From: Wolbachia endosymbiont strain TRS of Brugia malayi
GTDB taxonomy: Bacteria > Pseudomonadota > Alphaproteobacteria > Rickettsiales > Anaplasmataceae
Reading direction: 5' to 3'
Assembly: GCF_000008385.1 (NCBI RefSeq)
Contig: NC_006833.1
Coordinates: forward strand, 690,001 to 722,000
DNA: 32,000 bases
The translations under genes and the position numbers were made by a program. Below, piece after piece: positions 30,384 to 32,000 of the stretch. The notes beneath the pieces are model-generated. The model had not been told where the DNA came from. It was given only the letters and a program-made list of their open reading frames with translations, and ran no database searches. The first letter of the stretch is position 1; each line of letters starts with the position of its first letter.

Positions 30384-30668
30384 AAATAAAAAAAGGCAAG
30401 AGAACCCCGAGGTAGCTAGTATTCACATTCTCCCTTGTCAATTAAGCATTTTCTACTTTCTTAAACGCTTTATAAGCGCGTTTCGGCTTGTATGGGTAAA
30501 AATCAGACATATAAAAGGTATAAGGTGCACATAGTGCAAAAAATTAAATATGATACCCAATACCCTAAGCTTTTTTTCATTAACCTGTACAGATTGCAAA
30601 GATAAATGATTAGCCTCAGTATCACGATAAGGGGCTGCGAGGCTTGCCAAGTAGTTTTTTCGTCTTTA
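30384..30668 (+). repeat. Dispersed direct repeat, copy B
   Basis: Colinear similarity to 23570-23850 (see copy A), about 6.8 kb apart, same orientation. Confidence 0.85.
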
Positions 30669-30892
30669 ATAACGTTGTTATATGCCTAATGCACTACCAA
30701 AAACTATGTAAGAGATCTAATGCTAGAGAAGCAGGTCTACCCCCAATAAGAGAACCCTTGTATGATTTATAATGTTGCACTAAACCCTAGAAATAAGATA
30801 ACAAGTTAATAAAGAGTGCCTATAATCGGCAATTAGCCTTACTTATCTATAGAAATTGATATTAAAACTCGTGTACTACCTAAAAGGTATGG

Positions 30893-32000
30893 TTATTCGG
30901 ACACTTCCGAATTTATCATTCTGTACCACTGGTCTTCATTCAAAATTCCTACACCTAATTCCACTGCTTTTTTGTACTTATTTCCTGGTTTTTCTCCTGC
31001 AACTAGGTAGTCAATTTTAGCAGAAAGATTTGAGCTGACTTTTGCTCCTAGAGCTTTGGCTCTCACTTTCGCCTCTCCTCTACTCATAGTAAGTAGTTTA
31101 CCGGTAAACACTATGACTTTATTATTTAAAACAGAATTACTAGAGTTGGAGTTCACAGAAAGGATTTGAAGATAATCAGTAAGATCCTTCAACATTTTGA
31201 TGTTATGTTCTTTAGAAAAAAAAGATTTCAAAGACTCAGCCACTTTTTCCCCTATGCCATCTATACCTACTAGCTCATCACTAAAAGACTTGGCTATTTT
31301 CTTCTCTACGCCACCTACACCCACTTCAGCATCATTTGATAACAGTTTTATCATCGAATTATACCAGTTATTATAAGAAACATAATAATTTGCAAGCAAT
31401 TCTGCTGCAACTTGGCCAATAAATCTAATACCTAAAGAAAATATAAACCTATCTAGAGTTATTACCCTTCTGTTTTGTATAGCATTTAATAAATTAGCTA
31501 TTGACCTCTCGCCCCAATCAGGCTGTTCTTTTAGACTAAACTCATTCAACCTTTCTTCTAAGTTAAAAATATCGGGAATTTGTTTTATTAGACCAAGGTC
31601 ATAAAAAAACTTTATCTGTTTTTCACCAAGGCCAAAAATATCAAATGCACCTTTCGATACAAAATGACTTAATTTTCCTATTATTTGAGCTTTACAGGTT
31701 AATTCCTCAGAGCATCTTATTGCCGCTCCTTCAGCTTGCACTTTACCACCACATTCAGGGCATATCTCAGGAAATACAAATCCAGGTGCATCTGCGTGAC
31801 GAGAACCTTTATCTACTCTAACAATTTGGGGAATCACGTCCCCTGCTCTCTTGATTGTTACAATATCTCCTTCTCTTACGTCTTTACGTTTTATTTCATC
31901 TTGGTTATGCAAATTTGCCCTACTTACTAGCACTCCGCCAATATTGACTGGTATTAAATCTGCAACTGGAGTTAATACTCCTGTCCTACCCACCTGTATA
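30893..32000 (-). CDS. ligA: NAD-dependent DNA ligase, C-terminal portion (5' end outside window)
   Basis: [44 protein letters not shown], zinc-finger Cys set CPECGG..C.EELTC, HhH motifs, and BRCT domain [53 protein letters not shown]. Confidence 0.97.
   Translation of the reverse strand, partial: IQVGRTGVLTPVADLIPVNIGGVLVSRANLHNQDEIKRKDVREGDIVTIKRAGDVIPQIVRVDKGSRHADAPGFVFPEICPECGGKVQAEGAAIRCSEELTCKAQIIGKLSHFVSKGAFDIFGLGEKQIKFFYDLGLIKQIPDIFNLEERLNEFSLKEQPDWGERSIANLLNAIQNRRVITLDRFIFSLGIRFIGQVAAELLANYYVSYNNWYNSMIKLLSNDAEVGVGGVEKKIAKSFSDELVGIDGIGEKVAESLKSFFSKEHNIKMLKDLTDYLQILSVNSNSSNSVLNNKVIVFTGKLLTMSRGEAKVRAKALGAKVSSNLSAKIDYLVAGEKPGNKYKKAVELGVGILNEDQWYRMINSEVSE

Noticed and set aside
30453-30650. 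65 aa minus-strand ORF MASLAAPYRDTEANHLSLQS...
   Set aside because: Spans the dispersed repeat. The equivalent frame in the other copy is not recognisably conserved over its full length, so I treat it as repeat sequence rather than a gene.
25840-30890. Possible novel defence or phage-related island because of the low ORF density
   Set aside because: No integrase, phage structural, nuclease/helicase, toxin-antitoxin or CRISPR signals seen. Most of the region resolves into eroded metabolic genes and one hydrolase-like remnant.
1-32000. tRNA, rRNA, tmRNA or CRISPR array
   Set aside because: No convincing cloverleaf with a conserved T-loop, rRNA core sequence, or regularly spaced direct repeats was seen by eye. 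A tRNAscan-SE or Infernal run would be needed to exclude small RNAs.

Overview
AT-rich window whose gene content strongly suggests Wolbachia or a close Anaplasmataceae relative (inferred from protein character, not from a database search). Intact housekeeping genes on the + strand are rpsP, a polyprenyl synthase, grpE, trpS, a Tim44-domain protein, dnaQ-like, SCO1/SenC, a carboxylesterase and an SDR protein. On the - strand are ubiA, rbfA, infB, nusA, putA, acnA, secB, an NDUFS4-like complex I subunit and a partial ligA. These genes are separated by long decayed stretches. The best find is about 25.86-28.98 kb, which the ORF track leaves almost empty. Frame-by-frame reading of the minus strand recovers remnants of CADD/PqqC-like, FolB/FolX-like, FolK, FolP, FolA (DHFR) and CofE-like (proposed FolC2) proteins in one orientation. 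This is a pseudogenised folate/pABA biosynthesis cluster with the same gene set as the chlamydial one. Other decayed loci are an RND efflux permease upstream of nusA, a Lys/Pro-rich coiled-coil-like gene after trpS, an Rpn-family nuclease/transposase and an alpha/beta-hydrolase-like gene. There is also a dispersed direct repeat pair of about 280 bp (23.57 kb and 30.38 kb). I found no convincing CRISPR array, tRNA/rRNA, defence system or clearly novel intact system.
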